NCBI GenBank assembly: GCA_976551045.1
Contig: CDPCPM010000042.1
Span: forward strand, 868,001-932,000
Direction of reading: 5' to 3'
From: Glaucostegus cemiculus
Lineage: Eukaryota
Length of the DNA stretch: 64,000 nucleotides
In this document: piece by piece, positions 50,820 to 63,209 of the stretch
Position numbering within the stretch: the first letter of the stretch is position 1
Layout: every line of letters begins with the position of its first letter
Position numbers and translations under genes: made by a program
Notes under the pieces: generated by a model
Seen by the model: only the letters and a program-made list of their open reading frames with translations
The model's database searches: none
What the model was told of the DNA's origin: nothing

Positions 50820-52770
50820 TACCAGTACATAAAGGAGAAGAAGATAAATTAGGAAAAGGTATGGACCAAAAAAGTAACCCATGTGTGGAAGCCAAGCATG
50901 TGCTTAAGAATCTTATTTGGTAGCTGTCTTCACAAGGATGCTAATACTGTAGGTAAGCAGGAAGAGTGCAAGGTACTGAATAGGATAAGACAAGTGGAAG
51001 ATTAAGTATTAAGGGGTCAGCATTTACGAAAATGAATGAATTGACAGAGCAGAATCTGTGGGAGGAAAGGAACTGTCGACATTTCAAATCAAAAATCCTG
51101 CATCAGGACTCATTGCTGCTTGGCCCGCTGTGTTCCCCAGCAGATTGTTGCAAGAAATCACAGAGGCTCTGATCATTATTTTTCGATCCTTCCGAGCTGC
51201 AGGAATTGTTCCAGAGGACTGGAGCACTGCAGTGTTGTACTGTTATTTAAAATGGAAGGAAGAAGTAAACCAAGTAGTTATAGGCCATTTGGTTTAACTT
51301 CAGTGGTGGGCAACTTGAGAATTGTTCTAAGGATGTTTGGCATGGATTTGTAAGAGCAAGGTCACACCTGACTAACTCGATTGAACTTTTTGAGGAAGTA
51401 TGAAAGAGGATAAATGGAGGTGGTGCAATTGTTGTAGTCTAGTTAGATTTCAGCAAGTCTTTTGACAAAGTCCCACATGGCAGGGTTATTAAAAAAATAA
51501 AAACCCATGGGAAATCAAGGGAAAGGGGCAAATTAGAACAGAGGAGGCTAAGAGAAAGTTAAAATGAGATACATAAAATTATGAAGCAAGAAGGTAGTAT
51601 AAATAAAAAGGATGTATTTTCCTCAATATGGTGGTCAAAAAATTAGGGAACATAGATTTAAAGCATAGAAACAAAGGACTGCAGATGCTGGAATCTAGAT
51701 GAAAAACATGATGATGCTGGAGGAACTCAGCAGGCCAGGCAGCATCCGTGGAGAAAAGCAGGTGGTCAGTGGTTTGGTTCAGGACTAGATAGGAAAAGGG
51801 GAAGCCCAGTATAGAGAAGGGAAAAACAGAGCAGTGATAGGTGGACAAAAGAAGGAAGGAAGAGTGGGCACAAGGCGGTTCTAGGGAGATGCAGGTAAGA
51901 GATAGTGAGAGGCAGGTGCGGGGGAGGAGGGGAGAACAGATCCACCAGGGGGTGGGTAAAGGGTAAGGAGAGAGAACATAAAGGGGGTAGGAAAAAGAGA
52001 GAGAGGGTAGAAAAGGGAAGAAAAGAAGCACGTTTGGGTTATGGGGATTACTTAAAGTGGGAGAATTCAATGTTCATGCCGTTAGGCTGCAAGATTTCAA
52101 GACGGAAAATGAGGTACTGTTCCTCCAGTTTGCACTTGGAATTCTCCTGGCAGTGGAAGAGGCTGAGGACTGACATATCAGTGACCGTGTGGGAGGGGGA
52201 GTTGAAGTGACTGGCAATGGGGAGATGCAGATCGTGGTTCTGGACAGAGTGCAGGTGTTCTGCAAAACAGTCACCTAGTTTGCATTTGGCCTCACTAATG
52301 TAGATGAGGCCACACTTAGAGCACGGAATACAGTAGATGATATTAAGGGAGGTGCAGGTGAATCCCTGTCTCACCTGAAAGGATTGTTTGGGTCCCTGGA
52401 TGGAGGTGGTGTAGGGGCAGGTGTTGCACCTATGGTGGGGGCAGTGGAAAGTTCCCAGGATGGGGGTGGAGAGTGAACTAGGGAGTTGCAGAGAGCGCGG
52501 TCCCTGCAAAAGGCAGAAAGAATTAAAGTAATTAGTAGAAGGATTCAATGGGAAATGGAGAAAAATCCTTTCACCCAGAGGGTGGTGTTGATTTGGAACT
52601 CGCTACCTGAAGGGGTGGTAAAAGGACTTGACTGTATCCTTGAAGAGCTGTAATCTGTATGTCCAAAGACCCAGGCTGGAATGTGGGATAATGTTGGCTG
52701 TCCTTTGTCAACTAGCAAAGATACAGTTGACTGAATGGGCTCCTTCTCTGTCCTAAGTTTTCTAAATTTT
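50820..52770 (+). mobile_element. Old CR1 (RT and 3' end), interrupted by Penelope pieces
   Basis: YRPFGLTSVVG, DFSKSFDKVPHGR. The 3' coding sequence resumes at ~52523 (ttaaagtaattagtagaagg...ttcacccagagggtggtg). Confidence 0.75.
51664..52520 (-). mobile_element. Penelope-like retroelement 3' part: GIY-YIG endonuclease, pyrimidine-rich UTR and terminal repeat
   Basis: ORF 52048..52548: C..RCNTCPY, FTCTSLNIIYCIPCSKCGLIYISE (IYC..C..C..YIGE), FAEH, ASHFNSPSH, KLEEQYLIFRL..LQPNGMN. Confidence 0.9.
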
Positions 52771-53499
52771 CTGCAATTTATTTTGAAATTGTTTTTGGTG
52801 TAATCGGTTTATTTTTTCATTTGTGGTTCCTCCATGATGTCTGACTCAGTGAGGCAGAATAAAGTGAATTTCTCTGCAGTTACATGTTGGAAACAGCAGG
52901 TTTTTTTTGTGCTGATAAGTGTACCTGAAAGACTGACAAAAGGAAGGCAAGATTGGAGTAGGAGGTGGGAATATAACCCCATAGCATCAAGCAAGGCAGA
53001 GAACTGTGAAACACAGAAGCTCAAATCAAACAAAACGTTCAGTTGAATACCACCCACACAGTGATTGCAGGAAGACTTGAGGAAGGGAGATGTGTTCTGT
53101 TGTATAGGAAAGGTGGTTGGAACAGCCAACAGAATCAATCTGTCAGAGACAAACCTGGCAGATTGACAAACAAGAGCCAGTGAAAACTTTAAAAGGAGCA
53201 AGTGAAAACCTTTCCAGTAGCCAAATAGAGACAGTGGGAAATCTTGGGAGAGTGGTTGGAGAAGGAGTGGGAACAAACTACGGTCTTTATTTCTCAGGGT
53301 AAAACATTTAACAGTTTTGTTAACCATTGTTTTGAAACATAAAAGTGAAAACAAAAATAGGGGAAAAAGAATATGGTAACGGAATGTTCCAAATTTACTG
53401 TTGTTCAAAAAGAAGTTTGGATGTGTTTGGTATGTCTTGAAGACTGCTGCCGAAGGTAACAGTGTAAACATCGATATATGTTAGCACTTAATTTAAAAT

Positions 53500-53752
53500 T
53501 TTTTTAAAAAAATTTTATTTACAGCATGGTAACAGGCCCTTTTGGCTCAACGAGTCTGTGCCACCCATTTAAACCCCCAAATTAACCTACCCGTACGTCT
53601 TTTAGAATGTGGGAGGAAACTGGAGCACCCGGAGGAAACCCACGCAGACACGGGAGAACGTACAAACTCCTTACAGACAGCGACGGGAATCGAACCCCGA
53701 TCGTTGGCGCTGTAATAGCGTCGTGCTAACTGCTACGCCATCGTGCCACCCC
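53500..53752 (-). mobile_element. Young tRNA-derived SINE
   Basis: Reverse complement of the 447-692 SINE. Confidence 0.92.
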
Positions 53753-54514
53753 TTATGAAACCTTAGTGGTGTGTATGTGACCATAGGCTGATTGAGTGAC
53801 CAGTTGCATTGGGAAAATCGTGAAGAAACCATATAGTGCCTTGACATAACGGTGATAACATAGTAAGAAATCAGTAGTGCATTATTGATGTCATTGTCAC
53901 ACCATGGTCACATGGTCCACGATTAGTATTGATCAAGACCCCTGGATATTTTGTGTGTGCTTTTGGGAAATGTGTTTTTTTCAAACTGCAAAGCATTGAG
54001 ACTTTAAATTAGTTATCTACGTTCTCAGTTTTGTTGTCCTAGGATCTGACTATACTACATTTGACCCAGAATTTGCAAATTATTAATGGGTAAAAAAAAG
54101 GATGCAGATCTTTTGATTTTGCAGTTGATTTCAGAGAGCTGATATTGCAAGCTGCTGCTCAAATGCTTTACACAGGTTGAAAATGTCTGTAACATTACTA
54201 TTTATAAAAATACTAATGCAAGGATTAACTGAACTGCATAAGGAAGTGCAGAGGTGGTGCCACATCAGTCCTGTGTTCATGCTGACAGAGCTGTGAATCT
54301 ATCTTGAAAGAGGCTGAAATCAACCTTTTGAGTCCATCTAGTCAATTGTATCACCCATCAAATCGCAATGATTACTGGCACAGAAAGGGCCCTGTATTAC
54401 TTTATTGGTATTCCTTAATTTTAGTTCAGTGGTTGGGATTTGTGGCTGGGAATATGCATAGGGACAAGGCTTATGGTTCCAGTTAGAAACCTTGTACAAA
54501 AATGTTTTAGAAGA

Positions 54515-55290
54515 TAAGAAATAGAAGCAGGAATAGATCTTTGGACACTCGTGCCTTCGCCTTCGTAAGGATAATGGTTCATTTTTTACCTCAGTACCAC
54601 TTTCCTGCAGTAACCCCATATCCCTGATTCCCTTAAACACTGAAAATGTATCAACTTCTCCCTTGAAAATACTCAGTGACTGAACCTCAACAGCCCTCTT
54701 GCACAGGGAATTCCAAAGATATACCATCCTGTGGGTGAAGAAATTTCTTCACCTCTGTCCTGATTGGCCGGTCCTTTACTTTGAGGCTCTGACATCTGGA
54801 TCTTAGCATTCCAGGCAGAACAGACTTCAATCCCATATCTTTCCTGACAAAACACATAAGAAATTTGCACGTTTCAATGAAACCACCTTACAGTTTTCAA
54901 ACGCGGTGTGTCAAATGTGACTTCTCTTCCTTAAATCCATGTTAATCCTTTGGTTATTTTCTAAGTGACCCCTTATCAATATCCTTAATAATAGATTAAA
55001 GGTTTTAATCTACTATGGATATCTATGTTCCCTGTTTTCTATCTCCTACCTTTCTTAAATAATGTTACATATTCTATCCTTCATTCTGTTAGAGCTGTAA
55101 TGGAGAAAATGGAATTTTGGAAGATGACAACCTTAATATCCACAATCTGCACATCTACTTCTGAAACCTGAGATACAAATTATCATATGACCAGGGGATT
55201 AATCATATTTTAGTTCCATTAATTTCTCCAGTAACAGTATTTTATTAAAGCTGATTTCTTTTAAGTTCCTCATTTGGCCTAGACAATAAG
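54515..55290 (-). mobile_element. Old CR1 fragments (3' end plus upstream piece)
   Basis: VYLWNSL.KRAVEVQSLSIFK.EVD.F motif and 3' UTR. Confidence 0.75.
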
Positions 55291-56696
55291 CTGTCAATGG
55301 GAGGAAAAACTGTCTACCAAATACTGCTGCGATTAAATATGTCCTTCACGAGATCAAAAAAAAAGTAATGATAATAAAAATAAAATTTGGCTGAAGTTTG
55401 CCTTTGTTCAGTTTTATAGTTTCATAAAAGTGCATTCCCAACAATACCTTTGAGCTGTTATCTGTCACAAATTATTATTAGATGCATATTATTATATCCT
55501 TTGAGAGTAGCAAGGAACCATTTTCAAAGTATGGTTGTCTCATTCACAACCAGTATCAAGGGCACCATGAATCTTGACTTTTGCAACATTTAACTGACTT
55601 CCAGGGATATACTTAGAGAAGATATTCTATACATTATAGTAATGGCAGTCTTTCACATTCTCTCAGAGCTAACCTTTCCTGAACTGTGCATGAATCCACT
55701 GTGGGTGCCAATTATTTCAGTAAGCAAAGCCCCCTAGGATGGCATTGCTATTAAATGCACTTTGTAGTTAATCAATAAAGCCTTTCTCTCACTCTCTGTC
55801 CTCTCTTTCTCCCTATGGGACACAAGCCTTCCAATCGATGGTTGTTCTTTCAGTTAATAGCGAGCTGTTCTATGAACTATTTTAAACATCTCTGTATTTA
55901 CAATTCAATGGACACTTTGGTGATTGGTTCACTTTTAAATTTTATACATTGAACCAAGGTACATTTTTATTTTATGGTTTTCTCTTTCTAATATTTTGCA
56001 GTGATTTAAAATTGTAAAGACTTTGTGCGGGTGATTCCTAACGATTGTTCAAATCGCTTAATAGAAAAGCAACTGACAACATATTGAAGAGAATTGTATT
56101 ATCTAAGAGACTTTGGCAAGTGTGTGTTTATTGAATACAAAAACATTCGAGTGTTGAAAGTAAAATGTGATACAAATATCTTCTTTTATTTGTTATTTGA
56201 CTGATTAACGTTTGAGCTAGTTGGCAATATAAACCATGTTTTCCCAACCCCCTTCAGAACCCACAGTTCGACCTCCAAAAACGTAACAGTGACCTCTGTC
56301 CTTGCAGACTACCAATTAGTTCCCTTTACTCTCCATGGTTTGAACATCTTTCTGGCTCAAGTGTATTGCCCTTTCTTTCTCCAATGCCATGTTTGTGCCA
56401 CTCTATTCAGATTTTCTTCCTCAGTCTGTAATAACGATGATCAAAGTCAGTTGCTATACTGTCCTCCCCATCCAGCTCAACTCAGCCTTTTATCTGCCGG
56501 ACCATGCCATCCCTCTGCTACGCCTCCTTGTGGTCCATTTCAAAAGAGTTGCCCTGTTTGGCTTTGACTTTACAAATTCAATTGTCGCCAGCCTATATCC
56601 ATTAATAATTTTTCTTTCCACCATCATCAACTAGTTTCCAAAAAAATCTGTCTTTGGCTCTCTGTAACTTTGTGTAATCTTTGAAAGAGTCAATGT

Positions 56697-56942
56697 CAGG
56701 TTCCTTGTACAGGATTCTGTTTTTACAGACGCCCATAAATCGAGTTTGTCCATAAGTCAGAAAATACACAAAATCACTATGTGACTGTACCTCTGACAAG
56801 AAAGAACAATTACTAAAAGTGAAGAGAGAGAGGAAACTAGTTCTGCAATTAGTAGGAATTTTGAACTTACAAATGAGCTCCCGTATTATTATTATGTAGG
56901 GAGTGTCCCTAAGTGGGGTGTTCTTAACCTGGGCATGGCCTG
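56697..56942. mobile_element. Tigger-type MITE
   Basis: Starts caggt..., has cataaatcg/cataagtc subterminal repeats, and ends ..ttcttaacctgggcatggcctg|ta. Confidence 0.5.
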
Positions 56943-57059
56943 TATATGAGTAGGTTGCTTGGTCTGTTTTTCCAGTGTTTTGTTGCTCCACTGCTTGTCT
57001 GAAACTCAGTGCCTTGCCATAGTCCTCCCTGGCTTATCTCAGGTTGATGTAGACTGTAG

Positions 57060-57160
57060 CATAAAAAAAGAAACTAGGAAACACTCAGCAGGTCAGGCAG
57101 TTAGTATGAAAAGAGAAATGGTAAATATTTTAGTTTGAAAATCCTTCACCAGAACTAGGA
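57060..57160 (-). mobile_element. Penelope-like terminal-repeat relic
   Basis: gaaacactcagcaggtcaggcag...; reverse strand agttctggtgaaggattttcaaactaaaa (decayed hammerhead). Confidence 0.55.
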
Positions 57161-58329
57161 AAGAGGGTAAACAAATTATATTTAGGTCGTGCAGAGGATG
57201 GAGCAGGAAGGAATAAGACAGAGAGAATATCTGTGATAGGATCTGTAATGGACTGTGACATTCTTGGTTAAACCCAAGTTATATATAATTGCAGATTGTT
57301 GTAATTTTAAAATGAAATACAATATATATGTTAATGCTAAGTATATTGTATCATTATTGTGTTATACTATCATTTATTAGTTTTCAAATTATACCGATAA
57401 TAACATGAAGCAAGAATGCAGAATTTCTGATGGGGTATCACTGTATCTTGAAGATTTAATGACTGGTTTGCAACAAATTACCCTGATAAATGAGCAGGAA
57501 CTTTTAGCTGTTATCTGGAATTTTTACTTATGAGCAGCCATAACAAGTGGGATGAGAGAACCCGGCTTTAATGTTTATATTTTGGTCGGTGCAGCTTTGT
57601 ACGGTATCTCACCTACCATATTCAATATAAAACTTATTAGGAAACAAAATTTCAAAGGGAATAAAACTATACCAACTCCAAGAGAAATGCTGGGATAATT
57701 CAGTGTGAAGGAAGCTACATTTCCAATGGGCATTACATAAACCATGTGGCATCCAAATTAAGCCATATGTTGCCCTTTGTTTAGGTCCTGTGTGACCTCC
57801 TAATTCTCAATATGGTGTCTGAGTTGCCTGAAGCTTCTCTGAAAGATGAAGGTGTTTACAACAGCAAACCTAATCATCAAGCAGGTCTTGATAGCACTCA
57901 AACCTGATAAGAACTCATTTTCCAGCTGCATTCTCAACCAATTTCATAATGTTAAATAGAATGAAGAAGCTCCATCAGCTAGTTAAAGTAATCAAGAATT
58001 GCTTATGAAGTTGCTAGAATATTTCACTTGTCTATTGGTGCAAGAATACTTGTTTATCAAGCTTTCCCAAAGGTGGTTAATGTGAATTTGTCTACAGGAT
58101 GTGGTCTGGCTGGTGCTGAGTATTTCTTCTCTTTCCTAATGGAAGCATAACAATTCCTTTGAGAATTGAACTTAACTGGGAGACTGAGGAGCAACCACTC
58201 TGTTTTTAACTCACCATGGAAATTTGAAGGCTGGTTACTGCATATCAAGGGTTTTCCACTCTTATCCACTCATTCGAGGGCTCAGGATTCAAGTCAGGAT
58301 CGCAAGCACATTTGAGACACTAGTGCCAA

Positions 58330-58790
58330 CACTGCTCTCAAAGTCGGTGTCACCTTCACTCTCAGAAACCTTGCCTCAGCATCCTTGCAGGCTGACACTG
58401 CTGATAAAAGCCACCTCTGGCACCTTGCCGCTTATTGCTGTGTTGCAAAAGTTGAGGAAATCTCTAACAGCAAAATTGGGAACTTTCTATTTTTAGTGAA
58501 TGTGGCTTTTGCATTCACACTTGGAAGAGACATTGGGCTGCAGTGCAGGGCTTCCAAATATCCAAGCATTCACAGAAAGCACTCTGACACCTCTGGCAAT
58601 TTCCTGCCACAAGTACGCTTTAGGCAACAAAACTGCATGGCTGTGCACTGTTCTTTAGAAGCCCTGTGGATGTTTCCCTGTCCCCAAAGAAGAATATGTC
58701 ATCTCCCACCCATCGCTGCATCATGCATTCATTCCTCGTCAACACTTGCAGCAGGTGATAGAAGCTGTTTGTATTGTGGCATAACCCTTT
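58330..58790 (+). pseudogene. Harbinger DDE transposase relic
   Basis: The frame of ORF 58385, extended upstream, reads LKVGVTFTLRNLASASLQADTADKSHLWHLAAYCCVAKV (cf. LPVAVKVTxALNFYASGSFQ..GD...SQ.AAHxCIxxV). Then IHRKH; HAFIPRQ at ~58722 (cf. HDAFILRQ); GDRS. Confidence 0.6.
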
Positions 58791-58834
58791 AAAGCAGTGT
58801 TCATTACCAGGCCCAAGGGCAGCTTCTATCAATC

Positions 58835-59918
58835 TTAAGACCATAAGACATAGGAGCAGAATTAGACCATTTGGCCCATCAAATCTTCACCGCCATTCGG
58901 CCCATCAAATCTTCACCGCCATTCCATCATAGCTGACTTATTTTTCCCTCTCACCCCCATTCTCTTTGTAACCTTTGACCCCCACCCATACTAATCAAGA
59001 ACATACCAAGCTCTGCTTTAAATGTACCCAATGATTTGGCCTCCATAGCTGTCTGTGGCAATGAATTCCACAGATTCACCACCCTCCGGCGAAAGAAATT
59101 CCTCCTCAGTTCTGTTCAAAAGGAACGTCCTTTTATTCTGAGGCTGTGCCCTCTGGCCCTAGACACTTCCACCACTGGAAACATCCACATATACTCGATC
59201 CAGGCCTTTCAGTATTTGGTAGGTTTCAATGAGATCTCCCTATCATCCTTCAGAACTCCAGCGGGTACAGGCCCAGAGCCATCAACCACTCCTCATACGT
59301 TAACCCTTTCATCCTTCTGAAACAACATCCACTGACTGTCCTTTGCCTATCCTGCTTGCTACCTTTTTTTATTTACAGCGTGGTAACAGGCCCTTTCGGC
59401 CCAACAAGTCCACGCAGCCCATTTTAAACCCCCAAATTAACCTACCCGTACGTATTTTACAATGTGGGAGGAAACCGGAGCATCTGGAGGAAACCTACGC
59501 AGACATGGGAGAACATACAAACTCCTTACAGACAGTGACGGGAATTGAACCCCAATCGCTGGCGCTGTAACAGCGTTGCGCTAACCGCTACGTTATCATG
59601 CCACCCTCAAAGAATTCCAACAGAGTTGTCAGGCAAGATCTCCCCTTAAGGAAGCTATATGGATTTTGGCCAATTTTATCATGTGCTTCCAAGTACCCTG
59701 AAACCTCGTTCTTAATATTAGACTCTAACATCTTATTAACCACTGAAGTCAGGCTAACTGGCCTATAATTTCTTGTCTTTTGAATTCCTCCCTTCTTAAA
59801 GAGTAGAGTAATACTTGTGATTTTTCCAGTCCTCCGGAACCATTCCTGACTCTGGTATTCTTGAAAGGTCACTACGAATGCCTCCACAGTCTCTTCAGCT
59901 ACCTCTTTCAGAACCTTG
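58835..59918 (-). mobile_element. CR1 (3' end plus pre-RT piece joined by deletion), split by a SINE
   Basis: LKEVAEE.VEA.VV.FQ, NYRPVSLTSVV.KMLE, FLKGRSCLT.LLEFFE; 3' tail ..ctcctatgtcttatggtcttaag; perfect 26-bp tandem duplication at 58873-58924. Confidence 0.88.
59364..59607 (-). mobile_element. Young tRNA-derived SINE
   Basis: Reverse complement of the 447-692 SINE. Confidence 0.9.
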
Positions 59919-61039
59919 AGTGGTTCACATGTGGGCCAGGAGCATGGGCAGGTGTGTGGATGGAACATAGTGGGGAACAGTGCCATGTGCCCATAGAACA
60001 CCACTGGAGATGGGGCCAGATGTGTGCAGCTGGGAACAGGGGGTGCAGACCTGTGCGTGGTCAGAAGATGGGCATTTATGTGGCTGGGAACCAGAGGCCA
60101 GATTGTGACCAGGGTTGGAAACTGGAGCATGCCTGGGAACACGGATAAGTTTACCCAAAGAGGAAGGGAGTGTAAGGGCCAAAAGGCTGATGTTTCGTGG
60201 GAGGGCAGGAGATGGTCAGGGAATTGCCGGGAGGTGGGAATTAGAATGAGAAAGCTCTTAAGAAGGAGAAGGGTGGGTGTCACACAGTGGGGGAGGTTCA
60301 TCCTAAATGCACACGTACAGAGCAGGTGTCGCGCACGCGCATGGCCACAGTGATAATGAATTGCCATCCCATAGGTAAGGGGAATGGTCACAGTGTTTTT
60401 CTCGGGGTAGGGGGGCCTAAAAACCAGAGGGCATAGGTTTGAGGTGAGAGGGAAACATTTTAAAAGGGACTCGAGGGGCAACTTTTTCCACACAGAATGA
60501 GAGAGGACAAAAAATGAGGAAGAGAAGAAATGAGAGTATGAATGTGGAGGGTGAGAGAGGGGCAGGACAGAATCGGGTAAAGTGATATAGAGGGTGAAAT
60601 AAAAGTACAGTCGTAAGTATGAGAGAGGGAGAGGTAGAGAGAAGGCCATTTAGATGTAACAAGCAGTTTGAAGTTAGTAGGTAACTTGGCTCTCACATTG
60701 ATTTTATTTGTCACAGTTGCCCCCATTTGAAAAAAAATAATGAATATTATTGCTTAAAAGGCTATTTCAGAGTCGGGGTTAGAGTCAAATGCATGAAAAC
60801 AGGCCCTTCTGCCAACTAAGTCCATGCTGACCATCAGTTATATTACACTAATCATACTGTTCTTCTTCCCATATTTCCATAAAAGCCTTGGTCTAAATAA
60901 TTTACCTTTCTGGTGCACTAATTACTACAGTTCTTTTGTTTTAATCTCATCAACAATTTTAACTAAAACAAATTATCTACATGTGATTTAATCCACTTCA
61001 CAGTATCATATTGCAAGGGCTCAATCATTACCTCCAATA

Positions 61040-61481
61040 TGGGTTGGAACTCCCTAATCCAGTATTCCATGGTCTGGCATTCCCTGGTCCGGCATTCTTT
61101 GGTCTGGGATATTTTGAACCTGGCGCCATTAGTTTGGAGAGCAGCCACCAGGATTTATTATATATTTATTTTCTGTTTTTCATATATAAGTATGTCCAAC
61201 AGCATTGAGTATAAATGGAAGTACAGTACAGCTTTTGAATTGTAAGCTTCATATTAGATATCATGAAATAATAAAAAAACCCTATTTTTGATGGCATTGA
61301 TGACAGCGTTATTTTCTGTTTTAAGCTTTATTCTACTTGTTATGACATACTGATAAACATGCAGCGTGAGCTGGCAAGCCCAGAGGTTCAGCATATGTTT
61401 ACATAGGGGGTTCATGGGGCGTTTTCTGTGGTCCAGCACCGGTCAGGTCCCAAGGACGCCGGACTAGAGAGTTTCAACCTG
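61040..61481. mobile_element. Tigger/pogo-type MITE (~440 bp)
   Basis: Left ta|tgggttggaactccctaatccag versus rc of right end caggttgaaactctctagtccgg; repeated tggtc(c/t)ggca subterminal motifs. Confidence 0.7.
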
Positions 61482-62059
61482 TCTAGTCTTCCCTTCAATG
61501 TTTTGACAGTTTTTTGTCAATTCCTCCAGATTTAAGCCTAGAGGCTAGAATTCATCCAATCTTGATGCACTAAATGGTGCTGTGTTTTTCACAAGACCAA
61601 ATTTGGATCACCTAAAATATTAATATAGTTGCTAAACTGTGATTTGAGACATCCTTGCTTTAAGAAATCGCCACTGTGGTAATCTCCTATTTACATCTAT
61701 TGAGGTGACTTGTGCTTTCACAGACAGTAGATGCTTGCAGAGCTCACAGCTGCCATTTCCTGAGGTTGGAGCTGCGAGGGAAGGTGCTAATTTGATGGGA
61801 AACATCAAATGTCTTTCTCTTTTTTAAATTTGTTTTTGACCTGATAACTTTGTTTTTTTGCCCCCCTTGATATTGGAGGAACTTGCTGCAACCTCCTGGT
61901 ATTGTGTGACTGGGATCTCAGTCTGGGTCAGTCTACTTGACATTTGTTTGGCAGAGTTGTGTAGGATTCTGCCAATCACTACAGGACAGATGTACACAAT
62001 CCTTTAAATAATGCTCAGTTTGAACTAGCAGCATTATTAAAAGCTCTTTTCTTTAGGAC

Positions 62060-62850
62060 CAGTTGTGATTCAGACAAATGTGGTTGAAAACCTTGCCAGA
62101 AATGAATTTTGGACATTACACTTCTATTGATGTCATTAATGTTGATGGTCCGTTTGTGTTTCTGGCCAATGGTGACCCACAAGATATCACTAGTAGGGGA
62201 TTCCGGAGTGACAATGCCAGTGAACATGGTTAGAATCTCTCTTGTTGGAGATGGTTCTTGCCTGCACTTCAGTGACACAGAAGTTATCTGCCCATATCCA
62301 AATGTTGTCTAGTTCTTCCTCCATGCAATTTGGGCTGCTGCATTTGTTGAGGACTTGATCATCCCCAGTTTTGATCTTACGATGGAAGGATTGATGAAGC
62401 AGCTTAAGAAAGTTGTGGCTGGGAATTTCTGGCCCAACCATCTTATTCTGAGGAATTCCTACGGCTTTGCCCTGGATCTGGGATGGGTGACTTCTGATAG
62501 CCACGAGCATCTTCCTTTGTGGCATAATTTCACTTGAAGTTGTGTTTTACCTTTGAAGCTCACTTTGGCTTCACTAGGGCACCTTGATTTCACAATTGGT
62601 CAAATACTGCCTAGACAGCATGGGAAATCATTCTCAGCTCACCTCTGAAATTCAGCTCTTTAGTCCACGTTTGAGCCAAGGCTGTGATGTGTACAGAAGC
62701 CATGTAGTCCTGGCAAAACTCAAACTCTGCATCAGTGAATAGATTATTGGTGAGTAAATTCCGCTGATAGAACTGTCGTTAAGAGCTGATGATTGAGAAT
62801 AGATTGATTTCTTTTTCACCTTTAGTGGAGCGCCATGTGCAATTTTCCAA
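62060..62850 (-). mobile_element. CR1/L2-group LINE RT fragment (same family as 35790-38010)
   Basis: ESPTSDILWVTIGQK (cf. ESPTINILGVTIDQKL) and decayed GIPQ..LGP..F..FIN motif. Confidence 0.7.
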
Positions 62851-62884
62851 ACTAAAGAAGTGGTTCCTGACTTAGGAGAACTTC

Positions 62885-63205
62885 GGGAGGCATAATGGCA
62901 TCGCAGCTGGTGCTGCTGCCTCTCAGCTCTGAGGAACTGGGTTCAATCCTGACCTTGGGCATTTTTATGTGGAGAGTTTGCACTTGCTCTGCATGGGTTT
63001 CTTCTGTGTGGTTCTGTTTTCACCCGTGACCCAATGATTTGCTGGTTGGTTAGTTGGCTACTGTAAATTAGCCCTTAATGTAGATTTATGGTGAAAAGAT
63101 TCAAAGGGGAGTTAGTGAACGTATCCGAGAGAGAGAAAGTTGCAAGGATACAGGCAAGCATAGAGAGGGGAATGCTCCCTTGGGAGCTGGCATGGAGCTG
63201 ATGGG
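62885..63205 (+). mobile_element. Older HE1/V-SINE-like element
   Basis: tRNA-like head with gggttcaatcctgacc, tggagagtttgcac, gggtttcttc core and HE1-like tail. Confidence 0.65.
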
Positions 63206-63209
63206 ACAA

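Noticed and set aside
52809-53471. 220-aa ORF (- strand)
   Set aside because: F/L/S-rich translation of the complement of A-rich DNA, with no motif or splice context.
52799-54194. Possible second solo LTR (TGTAAT...TGTAACA)
   Set aside because: Flanks (ttgg / ttac) give no TSD and the termini are not well inverted.
59588-60649. Longest ORF (353 aa, - strand)
   Set aside because: Chimeric chance frame running through low-complexity DNA, an antisense CR1 3' piece, the G-rich segment, a CR1 RT-proximal fragment and into a SINE head. Not a gene.
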